A stretch of 63,584 bases of DNA, the filler included, from Octopus bimaculoides (lineage: Eukaryota): assembly GCF_001194135.2 (NCBI RefSeq). It is 6 parts of 6 records of this genome, joined end to end, with 100 filler letters (N's around TTAATTAATTAA, not from the genome) between each part and the next. Parts side by side here need not be neighbours in the genome. Positions count along the whole stretch, not along the records: positions 19,160 to 27,967 come from NC_068984.1; positions 28,068 to 32,879 come from NC_069001.1; positions 32,980 to 39,425 come from NC_068995.1; 3 more parts are not named here. One strand, given 5' to 3'. The number at the start of each line of letters is the position of its first letter. The stretch's first letter is position 1. Positions 24,765 to 37,830 of this stretch are shown here, piece after piece. Under the pieces are notes generated by a model, which was given only the letters and a program-made list of their open reading frames with translations, had not been told where the DNA came from and did no database searches. The position numbers were made by a program, and so were the translations under genes.

Positions 24765-24859
24765 ATGATAATGATGATGACGATGATGATGATGATGATG
24801 ATGATGATGACGACGATGATGATGACGATGACGATGATGATGATGATGACGATAATGAC

Positions 24860-24899
<40 letters not shown>

Positions 24900-24915
24900 G
24901 TGATGGTGATGATGG

Positions 24916-24947
<32 letters not shown>

Positions 24948-25237
24948 GTGATGGTGATGATGATGACGGCGACACCGACAACGACAACGGTGATGATGAC
25001 GACGATTATGATGATGATGATGGTGATGATGATGGTGATGATGATGACGATGACGACGATAGTGATGACGCCGGCGACAACGACGACGACGATGATGATG
25101 ATGATGATAAGGAGGAGGAGGAGGACTATGACGACACCGACGACGACGACGATAATGATGACGACGATTATGCTGATGATGATGACGACGATGACAATGA
25201 TGATGATGATGATGATGCTGTTGCTGCCGCTGTTGCT

Positions 25238-25269
<32 letters not shown>

Positions 25270-25305
25270 CGATGATGATGATGAGTATGATGATGATGAT
25301 GATGC
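24765..25305. repeat. compound (GAT/GAC/GGT/GCT)n trinucleotide array
   Basis: Directly visible; it produces the poly-Asp/Met/His pseudo-ORFs in the track. Confidence 0.95.
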
Positions 25306-25581
25306 ATTGTTATCTCAGTGCACTAGCAAGGATGCTCAGAATTTGCTTATGTCACCAGAAATCTTCTTCAAGACACGACTCGCAGACTACAAGAATATAC
25401 TATAATGAAGAGTAACCCCCCTCCCCCACTCCATTTCAGATTTTGCTATTCTTTTGTTCTTTTATCAATTTTAGCTCGAGAGCTGCGGCTATGCTGGGGC
25501 ACCACCGTTATAGACGGATAAATTTCAATTTTAAACACTTTTCATGCATCAATAACACACACACAAAAACACATGCAAACC

Positions 25582-25633
<52 letters not shown>

Positions 25634-25698
25634 TTATATTCGTACATACAAATATATATATTATATGCATATATGTATATATATGTGTGTGTGTGCAT

Positions 25699-25742
<44 letters not shown>

Positions 25743-26353
25743 GCGTGTGTATGTGTGTGTTCGTGTGTGAGTGCAATATTCTCCGTCAAAACTGTAAATA
25801 GTATTTGAAGAACCGGAAGGACAAATCGTTGCAATGAGAATTATATTGGCTTAACGGGATCAAAATTAATAAATCGAGTTAGGATACATAAGCAACAAAT
25901 CAAAGATTAATCTCTTATAAATGTAACGTGTAATGAACTACAAGATATAAATGCAAATTTCATAATAAAGGAATAACATGATCAACAAAGTGAGTCTCTT
26001 AACTACACGTTTTTGCTAGCGCCTTATTTCAAGAATCTCGAATAAAAAGAACAAGTTTCAATTGATAATGACACTACATGACCTGAAGAATGACAAAAAG
26101 GATAAAATAGAGGAGACAGATCGAGTAATTCATAGCAAAATTTGCAATAACTGGGTGATTGCTTTATTTGGTTGCAAGCGGGATAATTTAAATATTGCAC
26201 CCCACAGATGGTCACGGACGAGAGAATGATGTTGACGGTATGCAGTTCTTCATTTTAAACAAAGTTGCCGTGCGCAAGTCATAAGTCATCCCTAAGAATG
26301 AGTAGATGGTCCTCGTCGATCCGACGGACGAACATGACACACACTACTAAATA

Positions 26354-26389
<36 letters not shown>

Positions 26390-26685
26390 GTGTGTGTGTG
26401 TGTGTGCGTGTGTGCGTTTGTGTGTGTACTATATATATGTTGATAGATAAATGATAGATGGAATGAACGACATTGCTTAAAATCACTACAATTGTTTCGA
26501 CGGATTTTTACACTTGTAGTATATTGGTGAGATATATTCAAAGTGTAAAGTGCGCCTCATCAGGTGGTTGTTTAAACACGTCCTTCGTGTTATCTTAAGG
26601 TCATTTTGCATAGAGTGAAAATACATACCCAAAACAAACTCATTTCAGCAGATTAAAGACATGTGTGTGTGTGTGTGTTTGTATG

Positions 26686-26716
<31 letters not shown>

Positions 26717-27714
26717 GGTATGTATGTATGTATGTATGTATGTATGCATGTTTCTCTAGTTATATTTTTCAAATTATCACAATATTTCTAAGCCTAGATG
26801 AAGAAAAAATTCTTCCCTTGGAATTTAGATAACGGGGTACTCTTGCATGTATGTATGTATGTATGTATGTATGTATATAATATTTATCTATCTGTATTTA
26901 AATATCTCTCTCTTATATATNNNNNNNNNNNNNNNNNNNNNNNNNNNNNNNNNNNNNNNNNNNNNNNNNNNNNNNNNNNNNNNNNNNNNNNNNNNNNNNN
27001 NNNNNNNNNNNNNNNNNNNNNNNNNNNNNNNNNNNNNNNNNNNNNNNNNNNNNNNNNNNNNNNNNNNNNNNNNNNNNNNNNNNNNNNNNNNNNNNNNNNN
27101 NNNNNNNNNNNNNNNNNNNNNNNNNNNNNNNNNNNNNNNNNNNNNNNNNTATATGCATATATATGTGCACCTGTACATGTTGGCACATAGCATTGCATAT
27201 GTGGATCTTATTACATGTTGAACTTTGCATATATGTATGTATGTATGTATGTATTCATGTATGTATGTATGTATTCATGTATGTAGTTATATCGGGTAGG
27301 AAAATAGGTGGGTGTAAATATTTAAAATTTATTCGTTATCTCTGAAGAATTAATAGGTGTTAATTATATCTCCTCCGCGAAATAGTTTCCCGAATCCAGG
27401 AATTATTTTTACTATTTATTATTGAAATTCACATTTTTTCAACTCTGACTTCGTGTTTTACTATATTTTATAAAGTTTTACAATGTTTTACAGTGTTTAA
27501 ATTTCTCTCTCTCTCTCTCTTTCTCTCTTTCTCATTCTCTCCTTCTTTCTCTCACTGTCTCTCTTTCTCACTCTCTCTGTTTCCCTGTTTATCTTTCTCT
27601 TTCTTCTTCCCCTCTCTGTCTGTCTAAATTTCTCATTCCTACCCCTATCTCTCTGCCTCTCTCTTTTTCTCCTACCACTGTCTCTCTGTCACTTGTAGTT
27701 TCTCTCTCGCTTGT

Positions 27715-27753
<39 letters not shown>

Positions 27754-27895
27754 TTTTTTTGTTCTTTCTGTTTCTCTACTTCTCTCCCTCTCTATATTTC
27801 TCACTTTCTCTTCTCTTAAACTCACTGTCTTTCATCTTTCATTCACTGTCTCCTTCCCTCGTTCTCTCTCCCTCTTTCTGGCTCTCTCACTTACC

Positions 27896-27967
<72 letters not shown>

Positions 27968-28067
27968 NNNNNNNNNNNNNNNNNNNNNNNNNNNNNNNNN
28001 NNNNNNNNNNNTTAATTAATTAANNNNNNNNNNNNNNNNNNNNNNNNNNNNNNNNNNNNNNNNNNNN

Positions 28068-28118
<51 letters not shown>

Positions 28119-28166
28119 CTAAACTGGCAATATGACCATCCCCAAGTACATCAATATATATATATA

Positions 28167-28615
28167 GTAACATATAATTGCCAATCAAGTCTGGCGTGCT
28201 ATACAGTGCAGTGCTACTGACATTTATAGCCCCAGGAGGTTAACGACACACATTCTGTGTCCGATTAGTATTTGCGAGGGGCGGTCATCGCTCCCATCTC
28301 TAGCCTTACGTGATACACATAGACTCGAGTTTCTGGGTCGTTATCCGTCTTCAGGATAGTGATGAAAACTCATTCCACTCGCAAAATACTATATGGTTTT
28401 TCAAGCGACAAACTGTCGCTGATCTTGAAAAAGGAGTAATAAGCTTTATTAAATCTCTGAGCGAGATATAAACAGTAGCAATACGGAATCGTAACATATA
28501 ATTGCCAACCATAAACGTCAGTAGCACAGTCCTGTGTAGGACGCTACGCTTGGTAGGCAATTATATATTACGATTCCATATTTCTACTGTTTATATCTCG
28601 CTCAGAGATTTGACA
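28167..28615 (-). mobile_element. second copy of the hammerhead-carrying element, with terminal redundancy and an inverted partial copy
   Basis: The minus strand aligns by eye to 9150-9510. gtaacatataattgcca occurs at 28167 and 28491 (324-bp period). 28451-28511 is inverted at 28551-28611. Confidence 0.7.
28309..28361 (-). ncRNA. minimal type I hammerhead ribozyme, same family as 9286-9344, partly decayed
   Basis: Minus: CTGAAGA-c-GG-ataacga-CC-ca-GAAA-CTCGAG-TC-tatgtgtatcacgt. It shares cccagaaactcgagtc and tatcacgt with the 9.3-kb copy. Confidence 0.65.
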
Positions 28616-29429
28616 GCCTCTCTGTGTGTGTGTGTGTGTGTNNNNNNNNNNNNNNNNNNNNNNNNNNNNNNNNNNNNNNNNNNNNNNNNNNNNNNNNNNN
28701 NNNNNNNNNNNNNNNNNNNNNNNNNNNNNNNNNNNNNNNNNNNNNNNNNNNNNNNNNNNNNNNNNNNNNNNNNNNNNNNNNNNNNNNNNNNNNNNNNNNN
28801 NNNNNNNNNNNNNNNNNNNNNNNNNNNNNNNNNGTGTGTATGTGTGTGTGTGTGTGTGTATGAGAGGTATTGGTATGGTATCCAGAAAACCCAAGTTGGC
28901 AGGTAAGGCTATGTAAGTGCTACGGGAGTTAGACTCTAGTTAGACTCTTAGTTCGATAATAATGGGGGTGAGGTGTCTAATTCGGGTCTTGTGTGAGCAT
29001 GTATATGTTAAATAAAATGAGACAACAAAGCTTGTTATTACAAGTGGATAGTGTGGAGACATAAATTCTATATGTTGTTCATTCAAAGGGGTCTTGTGGT
29101 GTGAATGAAATTTTGGGAACGTACTGGTCGGGGTAAGTAGATAGAGAGAAGACGGAGAATGGTATGTTAGGCGGAGAATGGTAGGAGAGGAAAGAAGAAA
29201 GAAAGAAGGAAAGAAAGAGGAAGAAAAAATGAAAATAAGAGTGCTAGATGGGGATCAAGATATTGTGAGGGGGATGGGAGAGGAAAGCTATCAAGATAAA
29301 AGGAATAGGAGGAGATATATATATATATAAAATCTGTCTGTTGTATGTAATTGAAATTGACTAATTACCACACAGAAAGTTTAAATTCTCTCGTCAATAG
29401 AATATTTTGTTATCGAAATTAAGTATAGC

Positions 29430-31630
29430 AAGATTTTCTTTCTTTCTAAACTTGGCATCTCAAGAATCTTTAATGATTTCTTCTAACTGCATCATTTTTA
29501 GAACACTTAGTCTTTTATGCGTCCTTGTGGCTCTCAGATTATTCTTTATCATTCCCTACTTACTGAAAGAACAACTAATTGCCATCAAGCTCAAATATAT
29601 CCTAAGAACTACAGCAACAGTTGGAAAAGTTTTAGTATTGTGGATTGAAAGTGCCTGATGAGATGGGGCAAAACATGACCTGAGCTTACGAAAGGCTGCA
29701 GAATACACCTTACTTATCTCACAGGCGAAAGCGGGTGGGGGTTGGGGGTTCTCAGTTTCAGTTTTTATCTCTGCATCTGATAAACTACATAAGTTCACTA
29801 TAACTTTGAACTTGCCGTGCACTGATTGATAGCCTACCTTGTATGTTTATTAGGCGACAAAAAACTGGTCTAAAATGACATTGGATGTCCCGAGGTTGAT
29901 GCAAGGTTTACATCATGTTTGTTTCTCTTCCTTTGTCTCTTTGTCGTTACTCTATAGTTTGTGTTTCCACGCATGTTCCTGATATCCAGTTCCAACTCTC
30001 CATACCTACCCCAATGTGATTTCAGAAAATTTCCAAAGAATCGATTAGATACACCACTTTATTCAGATCAACTCCAATTCCTTGAAAAACTTTATTTTTA
30101 CTGTTAAACCGTACAAGAATTAAATTCCAGATCTTAGACATTAGGACAGTTTCAAGATAATCCATTTTGTCTGCCAATGTCTGAGTTCATATCTTGCTTC
30201 AGGTGTTTGTTCTAAATCATCTTCAATATTTCCGAGTGCATTTTGAATGCAGTTATATTCATCAACGTGGGCTTCAATAGCATATGCTCTTGCTGACCAA
30301 CGTGTTTCTGACAAGGAGTTCAACGACAGTTCTATTTTATTTATTTCCAAAGATTTCATTAAATTTTTTCCTGTCAACGTAGAAAAAACAGTGTATACCT
30401 TTGTATGAAACCAAAATAGCGAAAGGCTTCAAACCAGCAACAAGTAGTAGTATGTCCAACAAGATTCACCGAATGAACTGCTTAGAGAATCAAAACCGTA
30501 GTCAAATTACTTTCCTTAAATTTGGCTTGTATTCCTTTGTAGTGAAGACATTGGCATTGTCATGGGACTGAACCTGCAGTCTTCAAAACTTATTCCCTAT
30601 TTTTAAAAATTCGAACCAATCTGCAGGAAAGTTAAAAGCCTTTCTATCAACTCTCCAGAAATAACATAACGCACGATAGCTGCTATCTGATCAACATGAG
30701 TGTGATCTGGTGTTAAATCTACAGAAACTAACAAATACATTGAAGTTCTGCTACAATATGATTCACATATTTTGCATTCAACAGAACAATATCTTCATAG
30801 ATATTAGTGATAAGCATGATTGCTTAGCACTTCCAGAATTGCCAAATATTTTCAAACAGCCCATTAAGAATGGATTAGATAGTGCACCAAGCGCCATAAT
30901 TACCCCAAAATTCCCATTGTGCTTAGATCCTATGATTTCTTCATTACCACTAAATGCCAGGCTTCTCTTAACAAGAAATATTGTCATAGCTACAACATAG
31001 CGCAAAATTTCAGTCCGATATTTCTTGCTTTTCCAACTTTCTATTAACATGAGAATATTCCTTACATAAAATATTGAACTGCAACACAATCGTTAAAGCC
31101 ATCCTTGCTGGAAAACCTGTCACAGCAGCACAACATCAAAGTACAATAAAAGCAATAAACTGTATTCTTTGATGGTCTATACAGGAGTCACTTTTTCAAA
31201 CAATGGTCATCATTGTCACGAACAGTGTAAAGCATTGAAGTTTTAAAATAATGACAATGCTCATCCAGTTTGCCTTCACCTTTTTATATAATGGCGTCAA
31301 GATTCTGAGTAGGAAAATAGCTGACACAGCTGATTTTGAGTGAAGAACACTGACAAACTTTTTCTGGCAGAAAACTGCTTGCTTCGGTTTAGGTTCTAAG
31401 ACAGCACTTCATTAGCCACGTCAGCAGGATCCAGTGATTCTTCATCTCCAATATCTTGGGTTGATATATTAGTCCATTCTTTTTGCTGATGCACTCGCGA
31501 GTGCAGCTAATTTCTCAAAACAGATATCTGTTACTGATTCTTCATTAGCTGTTAAGTTTTCCTTTTTCGGAGCAAATTCTGCAAGGTGTAGTAAATTTTT
31601 CAATACAGTAATATTTTTCCATGTCCTTGG
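29430..31630 (-). pseudogene. hAT transposase relic (ZMYM1-like group)
   Basis: SLSETRWSARAYAIEA signature and C-terminal VLRIYLSLMAISCSFSK / LKLIK dimerisation domain, with many stops. Confidence 0.75.
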
Positions 31631-31797
31631 AAATTTTTCTGAAGATATCTAAAAAGAGTTCAAGCGATTAAAAGTAAATCGAGTATTACAGATTAAAAAT
31701 TTCGTTTCAATTAAATTACCTTTCTTCTAAATTAAGTTTCACTTGCATAAGTAAGGATAAAATCAAGAATGATGATGTGAAGAAAATCTATATTTAC

Positions 31798-31894
31798 CCG
31801 GCACAGTTAAAAATTATATCAACTTTATGAATATTTTCAGCAAAAGCTTTAACTTGTTCACTGCTTGTGACATCAAGGACATTGGTGTGTATGC
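31798..31894 (-). CDS. BDH2: internal exon of 3-hydroxybutyrate dehydrogenase type 2 (SDR family)
   Basis: 97-nt exon with ttttag acceptor and gtaaat donor, phase 1 to 2. It translates (G)IHTNVLDVTSSEQVKAFAENIHKVDIIFNCAG, against recalled human BDH2 [33 protein letters not shown]. No other BDH2 exon was recognised. Confidence 0.75.
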
Positions 31895-32252
31895 CTAAAA
31901 TAAATACATGACAGCTAATTAGAAATAAAATAAGGTCAATTCTCTGTTTTACAAATCATTACATTTCACACAATTTTATGACTTTTTATCATTTAAGCAT
32001 TAAGTGTCATTTATTCATCATCATAAATGTGAGACTAGTGAATATCAGACCTCTGGAAAGGTTCTACCTCAAAACAGAAAACAGCGGAAGACTACAAAAA
32101 GATATTCATCATCATTTAATGAGCAGTTGTGTCGTTGTCCCGGATGTCTGAGAACCGTGAATATCTTAGATGATAGACTAAATGTTAACCACACTTCAGG
32201 TTAATATTATATCGTGTCACAGGTCATGTTAAAAATATTCTATTACTCGCTT

Positions 32253-32285
32253 AAAAGCCGCCCGACAGGGCGGTTTTCAAGTTAG
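32253..32285 (+). mobile_element. Helitron 3' terminus
   Basis: aaaa-g-ccgccc-gaca-gggcgg-tttt hairpin, then caag and TTAG|T (canonical CTAG|T with one change). Confidence 0.6.
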
Positions 32286-32680
32286 TATGTAGCTTTTAAG
32301 CAACTAATGCGAATGGGAAGATTTTCAAACAGATCTCTGACTTATTTTGGAGAATTTGTTGCAATTGCTTCCTCCAGAGTCATTTCCTAATGATGATTAT
32401 ATTCGTCGCTAAAAGTCATGTAAAAAAAAAATCGCCGAAAACAATCGCAGTAATGAAAACATAGGAATCCAAAATTTCAGGATTGCAGGTCCGGATTCGG
32501 CCCGGAATGTTTTAATTTACTCACAGAGTCAGCCTGATTCCAAACTAGTATGATATGTTGGGCTACAGCCTCTAGGAGTAAAGTTGAAAAAGTGTGACAC
32601 ACTGACACACTGACACATTGACATTGATATTTATTATATTAGATATGTTTAATTTTGAGGAAACTGCATTTCAATTAAAG

Positions 32681-32880
32681 TAGGAGTGGCTGTGTGGTAA
32701 GTAGCCTGCTTACCAACCACATGGTTCTGGGTTCAGTCCCACTGCGTGGCATCTTGGGAAAGTGTCTTCTACTATAGCCTCGGGCCGACCAAATCCTTGT
32801 GAGTGGATTTGGTAGACGGAAACTGAAAGAAGCTCGTCGTATATATGTGTATATATGTATGTATGTGTGTATATGTTTGN
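32681..32880 (+). mobile_element. SINE family A, 5' half (cut by gap)
   Basis: taggagtggctgtgtggtaagtag head essentially identical to other copies. Confidence 0.85.
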
Positions 32881-32989
32881 NNNNNNNNNNNNNNNNNNNN
32901 NNNNNNNNNNNNNNNNNNNNNNNTTAATTAATTAANNNNNNNNNNNNNNNNNNNNNNNNNNNNNNNNNNNNNNNNNNNNGACCGCGGTG

Positions 32990-33075
32990 GAGTTTAAATT
33001 CAGTGATCGTAAAGACAGACGAAATGCCGCGAAGCATTTTGCCCGGCGTGCAAAGCTTCTGCTAACTCGGCGCCT
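32990..33075 (-). mobile_element. SINE family B 5' fragment
   Basis: gacggacgaaatgcc..aagcattt motif and ggcgccgagttagcagaa head on the minus strand. Confidence 0.6.
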
Positions 33076-33078
33076 TTT

Positions 33079-33138
<60 letters not shown>

Positions 33139-33744
33139 GTTGTTGTCGTCGTCGTCGTCGTCGACGTCATCATCATCATCATCATTATCATTGTCCGGTC
33201 GTGCTTATTGCCATAACTTATTCTCTCTAGTCTTTTCGGTTCACCATTGCACATTTGAAAATGGTTTTGTTACATTGACCGGTTGCATGTAAAATAACAA
33301 ATTTCGGTATAAAATCATCGTATTATAAAATCGAAAAAAACCTTAAATTAAAAATAACTTATAAAGAAGGACGCAGTCTAAATACCCAGGGTAAATAATT
33401 ATTTGTAAAATATTAATACATTAAAATTTATATACATTTAAACACAACTTTTCCCGTTGGATTACATATCTAAGGCAAATTTTTTTCAGGGGCCCTTACA
33501 ATGATATTGTGGATCCTCAATTTACTATTTTGTAATGTGGAACCCCAAAATCTTACATGGACCTTTAGGCGTCATATGACCCTCGGCTGAGAATCATTGG
33601 CTTAGACGTCCAAAGCCGATTATATATTATATAAGTAACTTAATATGTAGCGCAGTAGGATGGAAACCACATTCGTCGGGTTTTGAGGAGAAATTTCAAA
33701 CTGCTTGGCAACACCTGCGTGTGTTCGTATTGTTGTGGTTTATT

Positions 33745-34045
33745 TGATCCTTCCCGAGCCATGCCTGGCTCGTAAGGGCCGGTTTCCCGGTTTCATTGGC
33801 GTATTGGTTCCCCGCCTGGACGGGACGCCGGTCCACCGCAGGTAAGCAATTAGATGCAGGAGGAAAGAGTAAGAGAAATTTTGTGGCGAAACAGTCAGCA
33901 GAAGTTCGCCATTACCTTCTGTCGGAGTCACACAGAGCTTGGGTGTTTCGCTCATAAACACACACACATCAGCCGGTCTGAGATACGAACCCGCAATCCT
34001 TCGACCAGGAGTCCGCTGCTCTAACCAGCAAGCCATGTGCCTGCA
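33745..34045 (-). mobile_element. tRNA-derived SINE (third head type)
   Basis: tRNA-like head ggcttgctggttagagcagcggactcctggtcgaaggattgcgggttcgtatc with A/B boxes, then a body containing tggaccggcgtcccgtccagg. Confidence 0.8.
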
Positions 34046-34099
34046 CTGTGTTCTTATTTATAAGCCCTACTTGTCAAATAACCGTTCAAATTGTTAATA

Positions 34100-34270
34100 T
34101 TTCTTCAAAGTACTTTTTTCTTGGTGAAAGGTGGAGACGTTAGCATCTTTTCCATTAAATTTCTTGACAATACATTTATTAGTGCTGATCGCCTACACAT
34201 CTTGTACTTTAATTTGACGGATATATGCCAAGCATGGAAAGCTAATGATGTTTTTGCCAACCCTAAAGAC
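34100..34270 (+). pseudogene. possible LINE reverse transcriptase relic (motif 5-7 region)
   Basis: KFLDNTFISADRLHILYFNLTDICQAWKANDVFANPK resembles FADDT...LQxDLxxIxxWxxxNxLxxNPxK. Confidence 0.3.
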
Positions 34271-34365
34271 ATGCATTTCATATAGAGATATAAAGAAATA
34301 GAGATCCAGAGTGTGATAGAGCAAAAAAAAAACGATGAAGTATGAATATAAAAATAATTATAATG

Positions 34366-34419
<54 letters not shown>

Positions 34420-34564
34420 TATGTGTGTATATATATAATATATATATATGCACACAAACACATACAGGTATATATATATAAGTATATATAAAGATAAAAA
34501 TACTTAATTACATATAAATATGTTTATGTACATAAGTACATACATACACATAAACATCACATTT

Positions 34565-34619
<55 letters not shown>

Positions 34620-34756
34620 NNNNNNNNNNNNNNNNNNNNNNNNNNNNNNNNNNNNNNNNNNNNNNNNNNNNNNNNNNNNNNNNNNNNNNNNNNNNNNNNN
34701 NNNNNNNNNNNNNNNNNNNNNNNNNNNNNNNNNNNNNNNNNNNNNNNNNNNNNNNN

Positions 34757-34796
<40 letters not shown>

Positions 34797-35189
34797 TATG
34801 TTGCTGAGGATGTGCTTCTGTTAGATTTTGTTTTATCTATTGAGTTATGCTTCCTAGTCATGGAATATTTTGTTCTTTTATTGTTTCAAAGATATATTGA
34901 AAATAATACAGTGTTTACAAATAATGATATTTGATTGCGATAACATTAGGAGGAAACAAGTCTGTTTGTCTCTTTTGTGAGAGGGAGAGAAAGAAAGGAA
35001 CAGAGAGTAAGAGAGAGAGAGAAATGAAACAGAACCGAGGAGAAATGAAGATGAACATAAAGCGTGTGTATATATGTATATGCGTGTGTGTATATGTGTG
35101 CATGTGTGTGTATGTATTACTCTTAAATACGTAAGCAGGTGCATATATCCATATCTATATGTATGTATGTATGTATGCATGTATGTATG

Positions 35190-35241
<52 letters not shown>

Positions 35242-36192
35242 GATCTATCCATCTTCCNNNNNNNNNNNNNNNNNNNNNNNNNNNNNNNNNNNNNNNNNNN
35301 NNNNNNNNNNNNNNNNNNNNNNNNNNNNNNNNNNNNNNNNNNNNNNNNNNNNNNNNNNNNNNNNNNNNNNNNNNNNNNNNNNNNNNNNNNNNNNNNNNNN
35401 NNNNNNNNNNNNNNNNNNNNNNNNNNNNNNNNNNNNNNNNNNNNNNNNNNNNNNNNNNNNNNNNNNNNNNNNNNNNNNNNNNNNNNNNNNNNNNNNNNNN
35501 NNNNNNNNNNNNNNNNNNNNNNNNNNNNNNNNNNNNNNNNNNNNNNNNNNNNNNNNNNNNNNNNNNNNNNNNNNNNNNNNNNNNNNNNNNNNNNNNNNNN
35601 NNNNNNNNNNNNNNNNNNNNNNNNNNNNNNNNNNNNNNNNNNNNNNNNNNNNNNNNNNNNNNNNNNNNNNNNNNNNNNNNNNNNNNNNNNNNNNNNNNNN
35701 NNNNNNNNNNNNNNNNNNNNNNNNNNNNNNNNNNNNNNNNNNNNNNNNNNNNNNNNNNNNNNNNNNNNNNNNNNNNNNNNNNNNNNNNNNNNNNNNNNNN
35801 NNNNNNNNNNNNNNNNNNNNNNNNNNNNNNNNNNNNNNNNNNNNNNNNNNNNNNNNNNNNNNNNNNNNNNNNNNNNNNNNNNNNNNNNNNNNNNNNNNNN
35901 NNNNNNNNNNNNNNNNNNNNNNNNNNNNNNNNNNNNNNNNNNNNNNNNNNNNNNNNNNNNNNNNNNNNNNNNNNNNNNNNNNNNNNNNNNNNNNNNNNNN
36001 NNNNNNNNNNNNNNNNNNNNNNNNNNNNNNNNNNNNNNNNNNNNNNNNNNNNNNTATACATACATATAAATATCATTTTTTTAAGCGGTCACCATCCTTA
36101 AACCCATTCCAATACAATGGTAAATGACTAAATAAATAAATAAATAAATGGTGAAGAGAAGGGGGATTCCTCATCTCTCTCTCTCCCTCTAC

Positions 36193-36258
<66 letters not shown>

Positions 36259-36624
36259 CCATTGTCATGGAACCTCACTCCTAGAAACAAACACAATGTT
36301 CTCTTCTAAACAAAACCCCGCAAAAGACATCTGTTTTATATAAAGGAACAAGCTGTTTATACATTCACAAAATTTCATTTGACAAGTTCGAGAAACGAAC
36401 GAAAGCGCTAATAATAATGGAGAAATAAAAAAATATTTTTCTCAATATATATATTAAAAGCTTTGGAGGTGATGTACAGGAATTATATATTAGAAAAAAT
36501 AATAAGGTACTCAGATTTTTATTAATATGATATATTAATAAAAATCTATAAATGTACAAACATCCAGATATCTAAGTACCTTATTATTTTTTCTTATGTA
36601 TATATATATATATATATATATATA

Positions 36625-36715
<91 letters not shown>

Positions 36716-36979
36716 AAAGAACAGTTATGGAGGTGCTAATAGATATAAAATAAGAGGCACCTCCTGGGGTAGAGTAATCGACACTAGTCAGCCTTGTACT
36801 AAGTTAATTCTTTTTGCCGATAACTGAAATCATTAGTATTGCTTTTTGGTATTGTTTTCTTGTCATTTTTGTTACTTTTGTTATTGTTGTGTCTCTTTGC
36901 TTGTTGTTGTTCTTTATGCTGACTAATATCCGATTCTTAAACCTCATTTTCTCTTGCTATTACTGCAAGCACATTTCGT

Positions 36980-37290
36980 TGACGACATCATCATCATCAC
37001 CATCATCATCATCGTCGTCGTCGTCTCCGTCAGCTTCATCATCATCTTCATTATCTTCGTCATCATCATCATCATCATCATCGTCATCGTCGTCGTCATC
37101 GTCATCATCATGATCATCATCATCATCATCATCATCATCGTCTCCGTCAGCTTCATCATCATCTTCAACGTCATCTTCGTCATCATCATCATCGTCTTCG
37201 TCGTCATCGTCGTCATCGTCATCATCATCATCATCATCATTATCATCACCAGCGTTATCGAACTCTTCATCACCACCGTTGTCTCCGCCA
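36980..37290. repeat. compound (ATC/GTC)n array with internal duplication
   Basis: tctccgtcagcttcatcatcatcttca occurs twice, about 119 bp apart. Confidence 0.9.
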
Positions 37291-37589
37291 TCGACGTTGC
37301 AGTGGATTTTTTTTGTATTCTCCTTCTAATATGTTAATTATTCAAAACAGTTTAAGCGTGCCAAAAGCGAAAAATGAAGAAATGAAATATTGTTATTATT
37401 AACAAAAAGAATATTTTCATTCTGTTATTGCTGACATTTTGCTTATTATTATCATCACAATTAGGAACTGTAAGTTCCAGACTTAACTGGATTTGTGCCT
37501 AAATCACTAATTTTCCTTATTATCATGATTATTAACATTGTTCCTGTCATCGTTATCATCGTCAATCTTTCCTACTATAGGCACGACGC

Positions 37590-37760
37590 CTGGGATATGC
37601 GGGAGAGGGAGGTTTGTTGATTACATCGTCCTCACTGCTCAAATGATTATTATTTAACAACCCCGAAAATATGACAGGCAGTGTTAAGGTCGGTGAAGTT
37701 TGAACGCAGAACGGACGAAATGCCGCTAAGCACTTTGTTTCGCCTGCTAACAATTCTTCC
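37590..37760 (-). mobile_element. SINE family B, diverged
   Basis: ggacgaaatgccgctaagca and gctaacaattct motifs. Confidence 0.6.
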
Positions 37761-37830
37761 AGAACACCACCTCCACCACCTACAACAACAATAAAAACAA
37801 CAACAACAGCAGCACAACATCAACAATAGT

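Noticed and set aside
24684-25415. 231-aa poly-Asp ORF and overlapping poly-Met/His ORFs
   Set aside because: A trinucleotide array is open in most frames by construction; no convincing unique coding flanks.
454-36127. Long ORFs in the track made of X, YI, HT, CV or MYVC repeats
   Set aside because: Translations of N gaps and microsatellites.
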